A stretch of 61,669 nt of DNA, counting the filler, from Sphacelaria rigidula (Eukaryota): the NCBI GenBank assembly GCA_964200075.2. It is 7 parts of 7 records of this genome, joined end to end, with 100 filler letters (N's around TTAATTAATTAA, not from the genome) between each part and the next. Parts side by side here need not be neighbours in the genome. Positions count along the whole stretch, not along the records: positions 17,652 to 26,375 come from CAXNAA020010268.1; positions 26,476 to 35,199 come from CAXNAA020010269.1; 5 more parts are not named here. One strand, given 5' to 3'. Positions 23,357 through 35,299 of this stretch are shown one piece after another. The notes under the pieces are model-generated. The model made no database searches. It was not told the DNA's origin and saw nothing but the letters and a program-made list of their open reading frames with translations. The position numbers were made by a program, and so were the translations under genes. Within the stretch, counting starts at the first letter, position 1, and each line of letters starts with the position of its first letter.

Positions 23357-24151
23357 ACAGGAAAAGCCCTCAGCTTACGAGAGAAAATTTAGAAAGAAAA
23401 AAAAGAACGGAAGGGCAGGGGGATGGGTAGCAGGGAAAGCAGAGATGGACAACTCTCCTTTGGCACCAGGCGTGGAGTCTGTCGTGCACGCGTGAGTGTC
23501 GCTGTGCGGTGAGGTGATCGCGTCACAGCGCACCCTCACAGTTAATCAAGGGTTCTTGTTAGATGTTGATGTTTATGTGGTTGTTGTCACGATACAGTCT
23601 GCAGCTGCTTTTCGTGAGAACGCCACTTAAAAGGAACGCCTCCGTCAGGTCGAAGATGGGCTGTCTTGACTGCGCGTTTGTTCCAAGATGTATTCCCGGG
23701 GCTTATCGGCTGTTGCTGGTGCTCCTGCTGGAGCTGATTACTATACTCCTTCCTTCTCCCAGTCCCTGCCCTGTCCCTCGGCGAATCAGAAAATCTAGTC
23801 CTTCCTAATCCCGCCGATTAATTCGCCGCCTCGCGGGTAGTGACTCAGTGCTCTTTGCCTTCCTTTGTGTCCTCACTTTTGTCCCGCCCGTATCTGCGTA
23901 GCGTAAGATAGAATGCGAGGAACGAGGAGGGAGGGTTGGGCATTTGTACAGAAGCACTCGTAACACACATTCGGCGAGGGACACTTTTCACAACCGTCTG
24001 CGTGTAGTAACTGCGCCCGCGTGACTGTGGACATATGATACCACCCACGGAATGTTTTACAATGGGGCATCCGGTTTGAACACGGCTGTCACAGGCTTTT
24101 TCTTGGATGCACGATAGGATTTTGGCGTTTGTACTACTGTAAGCATAACAT

Positions 24152-24252
24152 AGCACAGCACAGCACAGCACAGCACTGTGTGCTACTGTTGCTGCTGCCC
24201 GATGCTGATCGCCATATATCAGATTAGATTGGATTAGATTAGATTAGATTAG
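24152..24252 (+). repeat. Pentanucleotide microsatellites (AGCAC)n and (AGATT)n upstream of the bZIP gene
   Basis: Direct reading: AGCACAGCACAGCAC... and AGATTAGATTGGATTAGATT... Confidence 0.85.
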
Positions 24253-24737
24253 GTTGTCGCACTTGACCTGACCCCCCAAGGGTCCAGCCGTGGTCCCATG
24301 ATGACGTACCAAGAAACACGAAACTGAAACACGCTCTGAAGAAAAGAAGAAAAAAAAAACAGTCAAACAGAACGACATAGCAGACGAAGTCGCAAAAAAA
24401 AAAAAAGTCAACATAAATATGCCTATACAACTCAGAACAGAAAAGGAAGGGTAAAGCAATTTTTACAGTGCAGTGGCGAAACAAACACCTCTCGTGTCAT
24501 GCACAGGTACACATGCCACACACAAGAGACGCCCGTGGTCAAGGCCGAAGTCTCGCGGACCCATTTCTGACTTGATTCGAAAAAACTGGAAATTGGTGGA
24601 GACGCCGAATCTGAGGTGGCTGTTGTCGATCATAACCCTCCGTGATCACTGAAAAATTTGTGTTTTGCATTTGATATAACCAATTCCGGGTATCCAAGAC
24701 AGGTTATCAACAAACGAAACATGGATCTGGCTACTTA

Positions 24738-25092
24738 ATGTGTGTCCTGTGTCTTGTCATCCCATCTATTCTGGACGCCAGTCTACACCTGTCGGTATAT
24801 GTGGACACATCAGCCGGGGTCACACAAGAGGAAGGCCAACACAGGAGTTTTTATCAACTCCGCCTTCCTTCTGAGGTGCTTGCCTTCTTTTTCAATCGTG
24901 ATATGGGTTCAGCGGTACCTTCCCTCGTCGAACGTGAAGTCGAATTGTGTGTACCCATGACACAGTCGCTCTCCACTGTTGGGCATGGCGTGAAAAAAAA
25001 TCCCAGAGCGTGTGAATTCACCGAGCTTCGAACCCACGACTCAACCGTCAGAAGGTTTCGACGTTACCAACGGAGCCACCCGGGCCACCGGT
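24738..25092 (-). mobile_element. Full-length tRNA-headed SINE copy
   Basis: Minus strand ACCGGTGGCCCGGGTGGCTCCGTTGGTAAC...GTGGGTTCGAAGC; the body is shared with the other three copies. Confidence 0.85.
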
Positions 25093-25631
25093 TAGTGGAG
25101 CTGAAACAACTTGCGGCCGAATCGGGTGAATACGGGCTTCGCAAATGCCAACTGAAAGTTCACTCACTTGGACCGGCGCGTCCTGACCAATTCATTCGAA
25201 TTTAGCGCAACTTATGGCTCTGATTTTGTTTTGGCGGTTTCAGTACATTCAAGACCTCATCAACAGCTGAAAAAAATGTGCAGGGTATGTACGACTATAA
25301 ATAAAATAACTTCAACGCATGGTGATGTCTCATGTGTAGGCTCGGTCCATTGTTTTTACAACTATGAAAAGTAGCCGTCTCCGGGGTTGGTATCTACCGT
25401 TTCGTCCTGTTGCAAACGAACGGTGGCGCCCCTGACTATGCTGGGGGTACATCAAAATGGTGTCGAGCTCTTGACGATACCTCTCGTGAGTTCAGAAGCA
25501 TCATGCTATCCGCCGGAGGGGGGGGGAGGGGTGGAGACCTTCTAGTGGCCACTCGCGTGTTCAAGGGCATCGCCCTTCGTATTCAACAGACCCTGACGGA
25601 TAGTGATCCCCGCCGGCACCCAAGGAGGGCG

Positions 25632-25705
25632 GGCGGCGTAATCATTTGTTGCTTGCCTCAGCCGTTTGATCATTGACCACGGATCCCTTTAGAGACGGAG
25701 CACCC
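25632..25705 (+). repeat. Diverged copy of the Helitron-like 3' terminal repeat
   Basis: TCATTTGTTGCTTGCCTCAGCCGTTTGATCATTGACCACGGATCCCTTTAGAGACGGAGCA aligns with 8836-8896. Confidence 0.7.
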
Positions 25706-26375
25706 GTTCCTACTCCTGATAGACACCTCCGACATTCCGGCGCTCATTGCGAGTGGATGGAACAATATCTTCGTCAGGGTGTCTGTAGTCCCATTACAGT
25801 AAAAAAAAAGTAACAGTGCTTACGGTAGGTTGTAGGCCATCTATGGGTACCACTCACTTGTTCAGATTGTCTGTTGCCCAGCCGCAAATGGCTCAAATAT
25901 TGGATAACAACCCCCTTCTTGCTGAACTATTTCGGCAAGCAGATGCGTCAAATTTGTCCCTGGGAAGGCTGACAAGACGACGAAGAGGTCATAAAGCAGA
26001 GTAGGGTAGGGTGGCCATTTTTTAACGATACCTCTCGCTCGTCCAGGGGCATCGCCATTCGCGTGTAAATACCTGTAACTGGTCAGAACGGTAGAAAACA
26101 CCCTCACCCTGTAAGATGAGGGGGGTAGAGCGACTCCATCTCCGGGTGGGGAAAAACGGGGAATCGGGGGGAAATCATCACTGTTCACACGTTCTACCGA
26201 TGCGTTCTTGTTTCAAGGTACATCATTATTCGCATGTAACACGCCAGAACGGTAGACACCACCTCCGTGATCATGTATTGGTGTGTGTGTGTGTGTGGGG
26301 GGGGGGGCGGGAGCATTTGTTAGTGGGCTTGGTGGTGCGAGCAGGGGCCGGGGACCCCTTGTGGGAGGGACAGCG

Positions 26376-26475
26376 NNNNNNNNNNNNNNNNNNNNNNNNN
26401 NNNNNNNNNNNNNNNNNNNTTAATTAATTAANNNNNNNNNNNNNNNNNNNNNNNNNNNNNNNNNNNNNNNNNNNN
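26376..26475. other. Artificial contig spacer
   Basis: 44 N + TTAATTAATTAA + 44 N. Confidence 0.98.
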
Positions 26476-27629
26476 GGCACGGCGCCAGCGCTCGCGGTCA
26501 CGGAAAGACACAACCAGCCATCGTGAGATTGGATTATACCGATACACGAGCATCGCAATGACCCACTGTGGCGGCAATGTACCACTCGCTATCTGCTTGT
26601 TTACTTGGAGCTTCGCTTCGCTGCTGCTGTTCTATCCGTCCCGGCGTACACTGCAGGTGTGACTCGAGCCTGCGAGCTTATCACAAGCATTTTTCACTAC
26701 GTAATTCACTGCGGAGTTCGCATTTTATTGGCGCTAGATTCCGCCATTCTCTCACTGAAGAGCCTCTGATCGGTTGATTTTCACATTTCACTTCCAAACT
26801 ATATCCCCTTGTATGGGCGATGTGCCCATTTTTCACCACTTTTGCCGAGTTTTCGCTAGCGGTAAGGCATTTTTTTCCGCACTTTCTTTTGCAACGCACT
26901 AAAAAGGCTCAGCGTTACATTATCGTTCGGGTTTGGGTGTCATCTGATACCTATGGCGCGTGTTGTGGCCACCGAAAGTCGCTCAAGCTGGCCCTTTTTC
27001 GCGGGGTGTAGATCCCGAACCACAAAATCCTTTTTAAGATGGTTGGAAACTTGAAACAGGATTTCTTATGGCGAGCTATTTTTCCCTGTGGTTCTCTTTG
27101 TCGCGTTCTCGTTCATTCGGGAGCACGAACACACCGGTTATGCCGCCAAGATGACGAGAACATGAGAGCAAAGCAATTGAGAACAATTCAATATTGCCTT
27201 GGCCTCAGTCAGTAGCAAACACAAAACCGTGCAATGGGCAGTTGGTGAGTAGAACAAGGCACAGCAGCACTGCAACATAGGAATGTGTTACCGCAAAAAA
27301 CAGACACCCTGTTTCTAAGAAAAACCCGGTGATGTGGAAGCCACAGCGATGTGCAATCGTTTCAGACAAGACCCACCACTCTCATGTCCAGAGAAATGCA
27401 AACTTCCATGTGCAGCGAAAAATGACAGCACTACAAGAACATGCCCGTTGAAAAAAATGGCCGGGTGGAAAAATCAACCGATGAAAAAGGCCCGGTGAAG
27501 AGTTCGGCCGGCTTTTAAAAGAAAGCGTAACTCTCGTGTGCAGAGACAACACGAAGCACTGAAAGACCACACCCGTGAGCTTCCCAAGTGACAAAGAACA
27601 TACCAAAAATGTTCCACGCGCTCCAACGT

Positions 27630-28520
27630 TTTGCCCGTGGTATTACCTTTCACCGCTATCAATTTTCCTTCAGGCTTTGTTACGCCATGACTATAAACAA
27701 GTCTCAGGGTCAAACCTTGAACAAAGTCGGCCTCGACCTGCGGGGGGAGGTGTTTTGTCACGGCCAGCTCTCTGTTGCTTTAAGTAGAACTACCTACGGC
27801 GACAACACCCTCTGCTTCGTCAATGAAGATCGCCTTTTAGGCGGTGTCCCATACGTCCATAACGTTGTGTATTCGGAATTTATCGTTGCTGCCACAGGGC
27901 AACCTCCTCCAGTCTTTGATATTGCTTTGTCTCGTCGCGGTCATGGTAACAACCATACTGCTTCAGGCGACTAGAATAGTGATGGTGATGGAGATAGCGA
28001 TGGCACAGGCTCCAACAGCGATGACGGTGACAGCGGCCGTGGCGGCCACAATGGCGACAACGATGATAACGATGACCAACAACATCCGTCAGGAACTTGG
28101 GAATTAGTCAATGAAATTGGAGACGGAGCTTGCTTGCTACGATGGATTGCCCGACGAGTTTTCAACTACACAAATGCGCACAAATTAGTGAGAATACAAC
28201 TTATCCAACACATTTCCGAACACCTTCATGATCCAGTTCCAGATTCTGGGGGAATTACGCTGCACGCTTCAATCTCGGCTGGAACTCATTTCGAACAGAT
28301 ACTGATTGCTGGTTGTCCCGACCAAACGTACAATAGCGTTCAGCATTACCTTCAGCCCATGTCGCATCCATACACATGTGCCACACATGTCGAAATTATT
28401 GCCGCCAAACAATTGTACAACCTTCACATCCGTGTTAATCAAGTTGGTGAACCTTATCCGGAGCCACCATCCGAGAACACATGCGATGTTTTGTACAGCC
28501 ACGATCAGTACTTAACATAG
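27630..28520 (+). pseudogene. Disrupted RepHel-OTU reading frame
   Basis: ORFs 27588-27974 and 28134-28520 are in the same frame, separated only by an in-frame TAG. The helicase is 5'-truncated. Confidence 0.75.
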
Positions 28521-28605
28521 AGATACAACAGCCTCTCTTGACAATTTAGTTTCGGCTTGCGTCACCCCCGGGAGGCCCGCACCAACCTCCCGAAGGGGAA
28601 CCTTG
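27630..28605 (+). mobile_element. Helitron 3' fragment: Pif1-family helicase C-terminus, D/G/N linker, OTU protease domain, terminal hairpin
   Basis: RYQFSFRLCYAMTINKSQGQTL..VGLDL...VFCHGQLSVALSR corresponds to Pif1/RepHel motifs V-VI. The same frame continues past one TAG (27972) into GDGACLLR...ATHVEIIAAKQLYNLHIRV (OTU). It ends with hairpin CCCCGGGAGG...CCTCCCGAAGGGG and AACCTTG|T (degenerate CTAG). Confidence 0.85.
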
Positions 28606-31600
28606 TGTGTATAAACATTCTTGAGTTAAGGATATTTATGTGCAAAATGGACCTTGTTTTCTGCCCTTAACTCATAGCGCACGAGATCGCAATTGAGCAG
28701 CTCAGTTGAGAGTCGTACTTTGAAATTTGGTGTGGAGAATCGCACTGGCATGGTGAAAATGAAATTGAGACATTCGAAAGTTTCGGAAACTTTTTTTCCC
28801 ACTTCACGACCAGGACGCAAGGGGGAAAATTCGGTAAAGGCACATTTTTCGATCCTGAAGGAAATGTCGAGATTAACTTTTCCGGATGAGAGCCCTGTTT
28901 CGAGACCTTCATCCTGAAGTATGAGGTGCCGATTCAGAACTCAGGATAGTGAAGAGGAACATGAATCGCACTTACCACCACTGTCATAGCCAGTTCAGAA
29001 TAGACATACCCATGACAAGCAACGTGGGACATCAATCACATCCTCATCATAATGGATCAGTCACGAAGTTGCGACACTAGACATCGCAGACAGCCTATTT
29101 TTCACCGCGGCATTCGATTGGTTGTTTGCGTAAAAATGCTCGGTGTGTACACGACGTTGCCTTGGGTACAGCTCCTCGCTGTCGCCAGCCTCATGTCTAT
29201 CCAGCTGGAAGAGAATGACGCGAACGATTCGTCGTCTCCTGTAGCGCGCAGCAGCAGCACTGCACTGCCGTTCTGTTGGAGTTCATGACGTGTCCCACCA
29301 CCGCTGTGGATGGCGTCGTGCAAAATTTTTGCCATGTGTCGTTGATTCTTCTGTGGCTGAGAATACTCTTGTGCTGTATGTATGTGCCACTGTATCGTCC
29401 CGTACCGGAAGATACTGTCGTGTTCTGTTCTGTACTACGTTTGTAGAGATGCTGATCGGACCCCGAAAAGTGTCCGGGCTGTTCGACGACACCATTCCGA
29501 TCATGGACGATTTATTTGGATTTTTTCCTGGGATGCTCCGCCTCGATGCACCTGATTTTTTACTCCATTGTATCATTTTGATAGGTAAGTCGTGCGTTCA
29601 GGCGACGCCCCCCCTGTTCAGACGCTACATACACCTCCACGACGTGGACACGAAGCGGGCAGAACTGGTTTTTTTCTAGTGCTTTCAACGCGTACCCTCA
29701 AAACCTGAAAAGAAATGTCGATTTCCCGTTTTTTCTGCTGACCGCTTGACGCTCCCTGAAATGGCCACCCCAGCGTTCATTCGAATCTGGAGCGCACAAC
29801 TCAAAAAGTCGGTGCTCGAATCGCACACGTTACCGAGGAGGACCGGGCTGGCAAGGTCGACCCCTCGATGGAGTGTCTCGAACAAACCACAGGTAGGGAC
29901 ACTGGATCGGACACGTCGGAGGAGAGATCTGATGCAGAATAAGTTTGTTTCGAGGCGGGTGTGTGTGTTTGCGTGTTAACCATGGATTTCTTACACATTT
30001 TTTCGGCGCATGCGTGCGTGTGCGCGTGTATGTGTTTGCCATCCGGTCCTTGTTATCTGATTGGCCTGCTCGATTTTTCCATCACGAAGATCCGGGACAC
30101 TTCATGAAATAAAATCTTGCATGTTTGGAGCCCGATTCACATCTCTGACTGTAGTGTAATGCAGCGCTCTGTATACTCGACGGCACAGTGCGGTACAACA
30201 ATAACGTACTGTGCTAGAGACTGCCTACTGTGCAGTGCTGTCCTGACTTTCGTGATTTTTTGAGCCGGATGGTTGATCATGCATTTGGTGGGGTAACCTG
30301 CGGCCAATTATTGCGGATAATGAAGCCACGTCACGTCAGCTTCCACCCTGAAGATTTTGCATCCCGATCCTGACAGTTTGTTTGCTTTTCGAGGACATTC
30401 TCCATAGAGTTTCCTTTTTTTTCATTTGTCGAGGACCTTGTTTTGAAAAATGTATCTCGTTCCCCCCTCAACTCGTCGAAAGGGAAAAGATACGACGGCT
30501 CAGCGTACTGTAACTATTTTCATTGTGTCCTTGCGATTCTCCATACCTAACGCCAAAGCATACCTCTCGAATCCGAGCCTCACAATCCCCTGCAACGCTC
30601 AAATTCGTCGTTTAGGCTGGCCCAGGTCGTAGTGGGTTTCAGCGACGAGTACCCTTCTCTGTGGTCACGATAACAACATGAACATGGAGGACCTGGTCGA
30701 TCGACGGCAAGATTTTCCAAATCTGGGGCCGATTTTTGCTGACATATGATGGTATCATCGTATACTTTACTGACTGTTCTGGATACGCTCTCTGATGTAC
30801 GACCCGTACAAGAGCAGAGCAACTGCGCAATTCCAAGTACGCGGTACACGGTACACTCACTGCCCGGTACACCCCGGTACTGTTCTTGTACCAAGTACCG
30901 CGAGCTCGTCGGTAGTTTCAGCCCGCTGTTCGTACCGAGTGTGCTGACTGCAGTGTATACACTGGTGCGGGTGAGCGTGGTTAAACGGGTGTGTGACGTG
31001 ATATAATAACCCTGATGTCACAGACGTACAGTATGACATAATCCTGGCTGTACTGCAGAGCGTACGGCAGTGCTCACTCTTATGACATTGTGCTTTACGT
31101 TTTCCTCTCAGTTTACCGCGCTATACTGTTACGGGTGGGAATGGGAGCCGATGTTGGGTACTATGTTTCGGGAAAATAATTCGCGAGCATTATATGCTTA
31201 ATAACTGAACCGTAATCGGGCGAATCATATCAATCAAAAATACACGCGTCGCCTAAAAACAACGACCTGGTTCATATAAAATGTACTGTAAATGTAGTAC
31301 ATATCTTCAAGCCTGTGAGTGGTCGGTGTTCAAATGATATTGTCCCTCCGGATAACTCGCTCCAGATCAGTAGGTGAAATCTTGTTGCACTAGTGTCCAG
31401 CTGCTGTACTACTAGGAAAGCACACGCCCCCGAGCTGCCACCCCCGCGTTCACCGCCATTGCGAAGATAGCAAAACAAGCACGCGAATAGCAGCAGTTGT
31501 GGCCGCTACACACCAACATAACTGCAGTGAAAGGCGTGCCTGACAGTGTGCTAAAATGAGATGGATACGGAAATTTGGAGATCATGAGCAGCAGCGTCGC

Positions 31601-31904
31601 GCTTGTGGGAATTACTAAGAACGAAGTTGATGTTAACGAGCAAGAAGTTCACACTGTGCAGATTGGCTGCGCGCTGCATGTCTTACACATAGCTGTGACT
31701 GGATAATGATTTTTTCATGGACCCCATGGGGTCAGGGTCATGCCATGAGTGGGAGAAATCCCGTCTTGTCAGTCGCTTGGGCACGGTCTGGTACACTCAG
31801 TCCAGATCAAAATCTTCAACGTCAATTTTCCCGCAATTTCAAAATCATCCTTCCCGCCTGTATAGTGTCCCGTTTCAACAGCAAGTTGGGCAAAGTCGCA
31901 TAGC

Positions 31905-32900
31905 TTACATGTTCTTTGCAGTATGTACAGGCAGCCACGTGAAACATCACCGTGGCTCCGCCGACCCGGTCATACATGGCCAGTGCGTCATCGAAAATAA
32001 AAATCGCTCATCAAGACCCCTTGGGTTTTGTGTCGAAGACGTCTGCCACATTTCATCTGTGAACTCGTCCTCTACAAGTCAAAGGATGAAAGGATATTCG
32101 CTCATGATACGTGAGGTTGTCCTTTGTGCACACTCCCACAGAACAAAGCAGCACATGGCAGACCGCCACCAAAGCAAATGCCATGACATTGGTTACTGCC
32201 AAAAAAACAATTGGTCGAAGATGCGAGTTGGCGCAAATCGCATGTGTACATGTTCTTTGCAGTATGTATGTACTGGTAGTCACTTGAAATTGCGTGGCTC
32301 TCCCGACCTGGTCATCCATGGTCAGTGCGTAGTCGAAAACAAAATCGCTCTTCGCGTCTTGGCTTTTCCGCTGGAACCTTTGGAGACAACAGCCGAAGTT
32401 CATTTGTGACCTCTCCATCTGCAACGCAATACATGAAGGGCACTCGCTGTTGAAAGGCGAATTTGCCCCTTGTGCACAGCCTTACAGAATGAAACAGACC
32501 TGGCGGCATGCCACAACGTGAAACACCTTCATACAGATTGCTCGCTGCAAGAATTAAAACACGCAGCCCAAAATGAAACTTGTCGAACGTCTCATAGTTT
32601 GCATCTCATTCTTATATTGGTGAGAGTATATACAGATACAGACAGTTACTAAATGAACGATCGCTGTCACCAGTAGATGTGAGGCAGTGCACGTACAAAA
32701 ATCGCTCTCGACGCCTTGGCTGCTGCACTGGAGCCCTTTGACACGAAGCAGCCGCCAGCTTTGTCTTTCTTCTGTGAACTCTCCCCCTGCAATTCGACAC
32801 TTGGACGGATACTCGTTGTTGAAAGGCGAAATCGCCCTTTGTGCACAGCCGCACAGAACAAAGCAGCGCCTGGGGGCACGCAACCAAACTGCATGTCGTC
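31905..32900 (-). repeat. Three diverged ~340-370-bp tandem copies of a degenerate Cys/His-rich coding module
   Basis: ACATGTTCTTTGCAGTATGTA at ~31908 and ~32248; AAAATCGCTC at ~32000, 32341 and 32698; CCYTTGTGCACA at ~32121, 32467 and 32836. Confidence 0.7.
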
Positions 32901-35199
32901 ACAACTTGCTTGCGGCAAGAAATAAAGATGCGCATCGTGTTTTTGGAATTTGCCATCTTCAACCTGGAGAGACGCTACTGATCCTCAGCCCAGAAGTTCC
33001 GATCGCGCAACGCTTGGATCTCGGCAACGAAGCGGAGGATTGGACTGCGGTTTCTCGCGTGCGCTTCCCACACACCCAACCTGGGTTAACGAGCTACGCT
33101 TTTGCGTTCGCGCGTGATACTAATCCGCAATAAACCGAAATATACAAAAATAAAGTGTTTTCGGCTTCGAGGGGATTTCCGGTCCGCTGTGGCGACTTGA
33201 GCAAAATGTGCAACCAAATTCCCTAGCTGTTGTGTGTATGCGGGGAGCTGTGAATTGCTGTGGACCGGTTTGCTTCCTGTGTTGAGAACCGCGCGATCTC
33301 AAGTGCCACAGCTGTCCCGTACTAGACCAAGCTGATAAGTGATGAAGCGTGTGTTCTGTTCGTGCGGGCCTCGACATAGGTGCGACAACCTACTGACATG
33401 TTCATTATTCCTCGGCGTTTTGTTTTTAGTTTTAGTTTGCTGAGGATTTTTGGTCCTTAGGCCCGCCATTCCCACCCACAACTGTATACGTACGTCCTGA
33501 GGATGTCGGTCGCAGGCTGAGTAAGGTGTCCAGAGTACAGTATAGTGCTCCCTGTTGTCACCCCTGTTGACTCTGAGAGTGGCTCTTCCAGTCTGCTGTC
33601 GATGTTGGTTTTGTTTCTTTGGAGGCCCTGCTACTGTAAGCTGTACATGCTGATACCTCCCCGTGCATGTTCGCATCGTCTGCTTTTTTGTACGTGCCAT
33701 GAATGGAGAAGATGGTCAGGCGCGGTTACCCGAGGATACCCATGCAGTCGGCGGTGGGACAGATCGTTCTCAGCTGTGTGCGGTGTGTTTGAAATATGAT
33801 CAGGCTGGTCACAGGCAGCGGGATGTGAAACCGGAGACTGCCCACAATAGTACAGAGGTTTGCGCTGGGAGGTCTCGGGAAGATGAAAGCATACCAACCT
33901 CCGGCGATTTTTCTTCGACTCCCATCACATCCTCCGATACACTTTGCGAGCAGTCGGAGTGCCTATACAAGGTGTACATGCGATACTTCCAGAGGCTGAA
34001 GAGCGGAATTGCAATCAAAGCGACGCGGGGAATGGTGTGGAGATCCCAGCAGTCAGTCGGGTGGCACATACGGCGGAAGGTTGAGCGACATGTCAAGTCA
34101 TCGGAAGCTGCGGGATCGTTGCTGGATAAGGTCTCTGTCGATGCGTGTAGCTGATATCTGCGACGGGTGAGACGAGCCCGTGGCGACCGTGCTGTGACGC
34201 TTGTGTGCAGTCACGGCGAACGACATCAGTGCAAGGTGAGCCGCCTGCACGTTTGGCGATTTTGCGCGTTCATACGACGTGAATACTATTCGCATTCGGT
34301 TTCTGCTCTCTTGTGTAGTCTATCCTTTCAGTAACCGCAGGTATATGATCCGGCAGTATAATCCGCTGTGTGGCCTCTACGACTAGTTATATACTTCGTA
34401 TATCACTGTAGTGTCTCGCGCAATAGTGGCGGTAGGTGAGTCAAAGCTACTGCGCAATATTACGCGCATGTTTCTCATTCCGATGAGTTATTTCCATTTC
34501 CGTCACCGTCTGCAACTGGAGACAGGGACGTTGATGTTGGAATCTTGGGTTCTGTATTGTAGCTACAGTAGACTGAATTGGTATCCCTCGCTCTCCTCCT
34601 ACAACTTGCGCTGGATCTGCTTACTACTATGTCAGCGTAACGGCGGAATTCACGCGAGGACGCAAGCGGACAAGATTTCCCCCCCACGATTCCTGGCGCA
34701 AACCTCGCCCGCTCGGCCAGACTAGGTCGTGACAAGCCCTCCGTGCACGGATGCCATCATTGTTCGTCTCAAATATTCTCTCGTTGCGTTCCCAGGGAAT
34801 CGCGATGGAGCTGACGGTGACATTCCTGAAGCGGACTCGTGTCAGGACGGGGTGGCTCGCTGGAAACTCGTCGTCTGTTAGGGTCTTGCTGAAGAGACTT
34901 TGATAGGGTTTCGGCATAGTACCAGTGGATTCGTTTGTTTGTTTGTTTTTTGGGGGGGGGTACAATATTGGCGACCGTCCCTCGGGAGTGCAAAAGTAGT
35001 TTGGGCCGTGACGATTGCAGAAAACAGCAACGGCAGAGTGCGACAAGATTGCAAAATTGTTTTCCCGTTTGTGCTCCATGTTGCCCGTATTATTGGTGGT
35101 GTGCTTCGGTTTCTCAAACGTTTGGCCCCGTGTTTGTCAGGTCTAGTTGGCCAGGGACTGGGGAAAGTCGAGGATTGGGGGGGGAGGGGGTGCACTCAT

Positions 35200-35299
35200 N
35201 NNNNNNNNNNNNNNNNNNNNNNNNNNNNNNNNNNNNNNNNNNNTTAATTAATTAANNNNNNNNNNNNNNNNNNNNNNNNNNNNNNNNNNNNNNNNNNNN
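35200..35299. other. Artificial contig spacer
   Basis: 44 N + TTAATTAATTAA + 44 N. Confidence 0.98.

Noticed and set aside
22543-23495. Plus-strand Pro/Cys-rich ORFs (e.g. 22872-23495 with poly-Cys)
   Set aside because: Antisense shadows of the Gly/Gln-rich bZIP exon.
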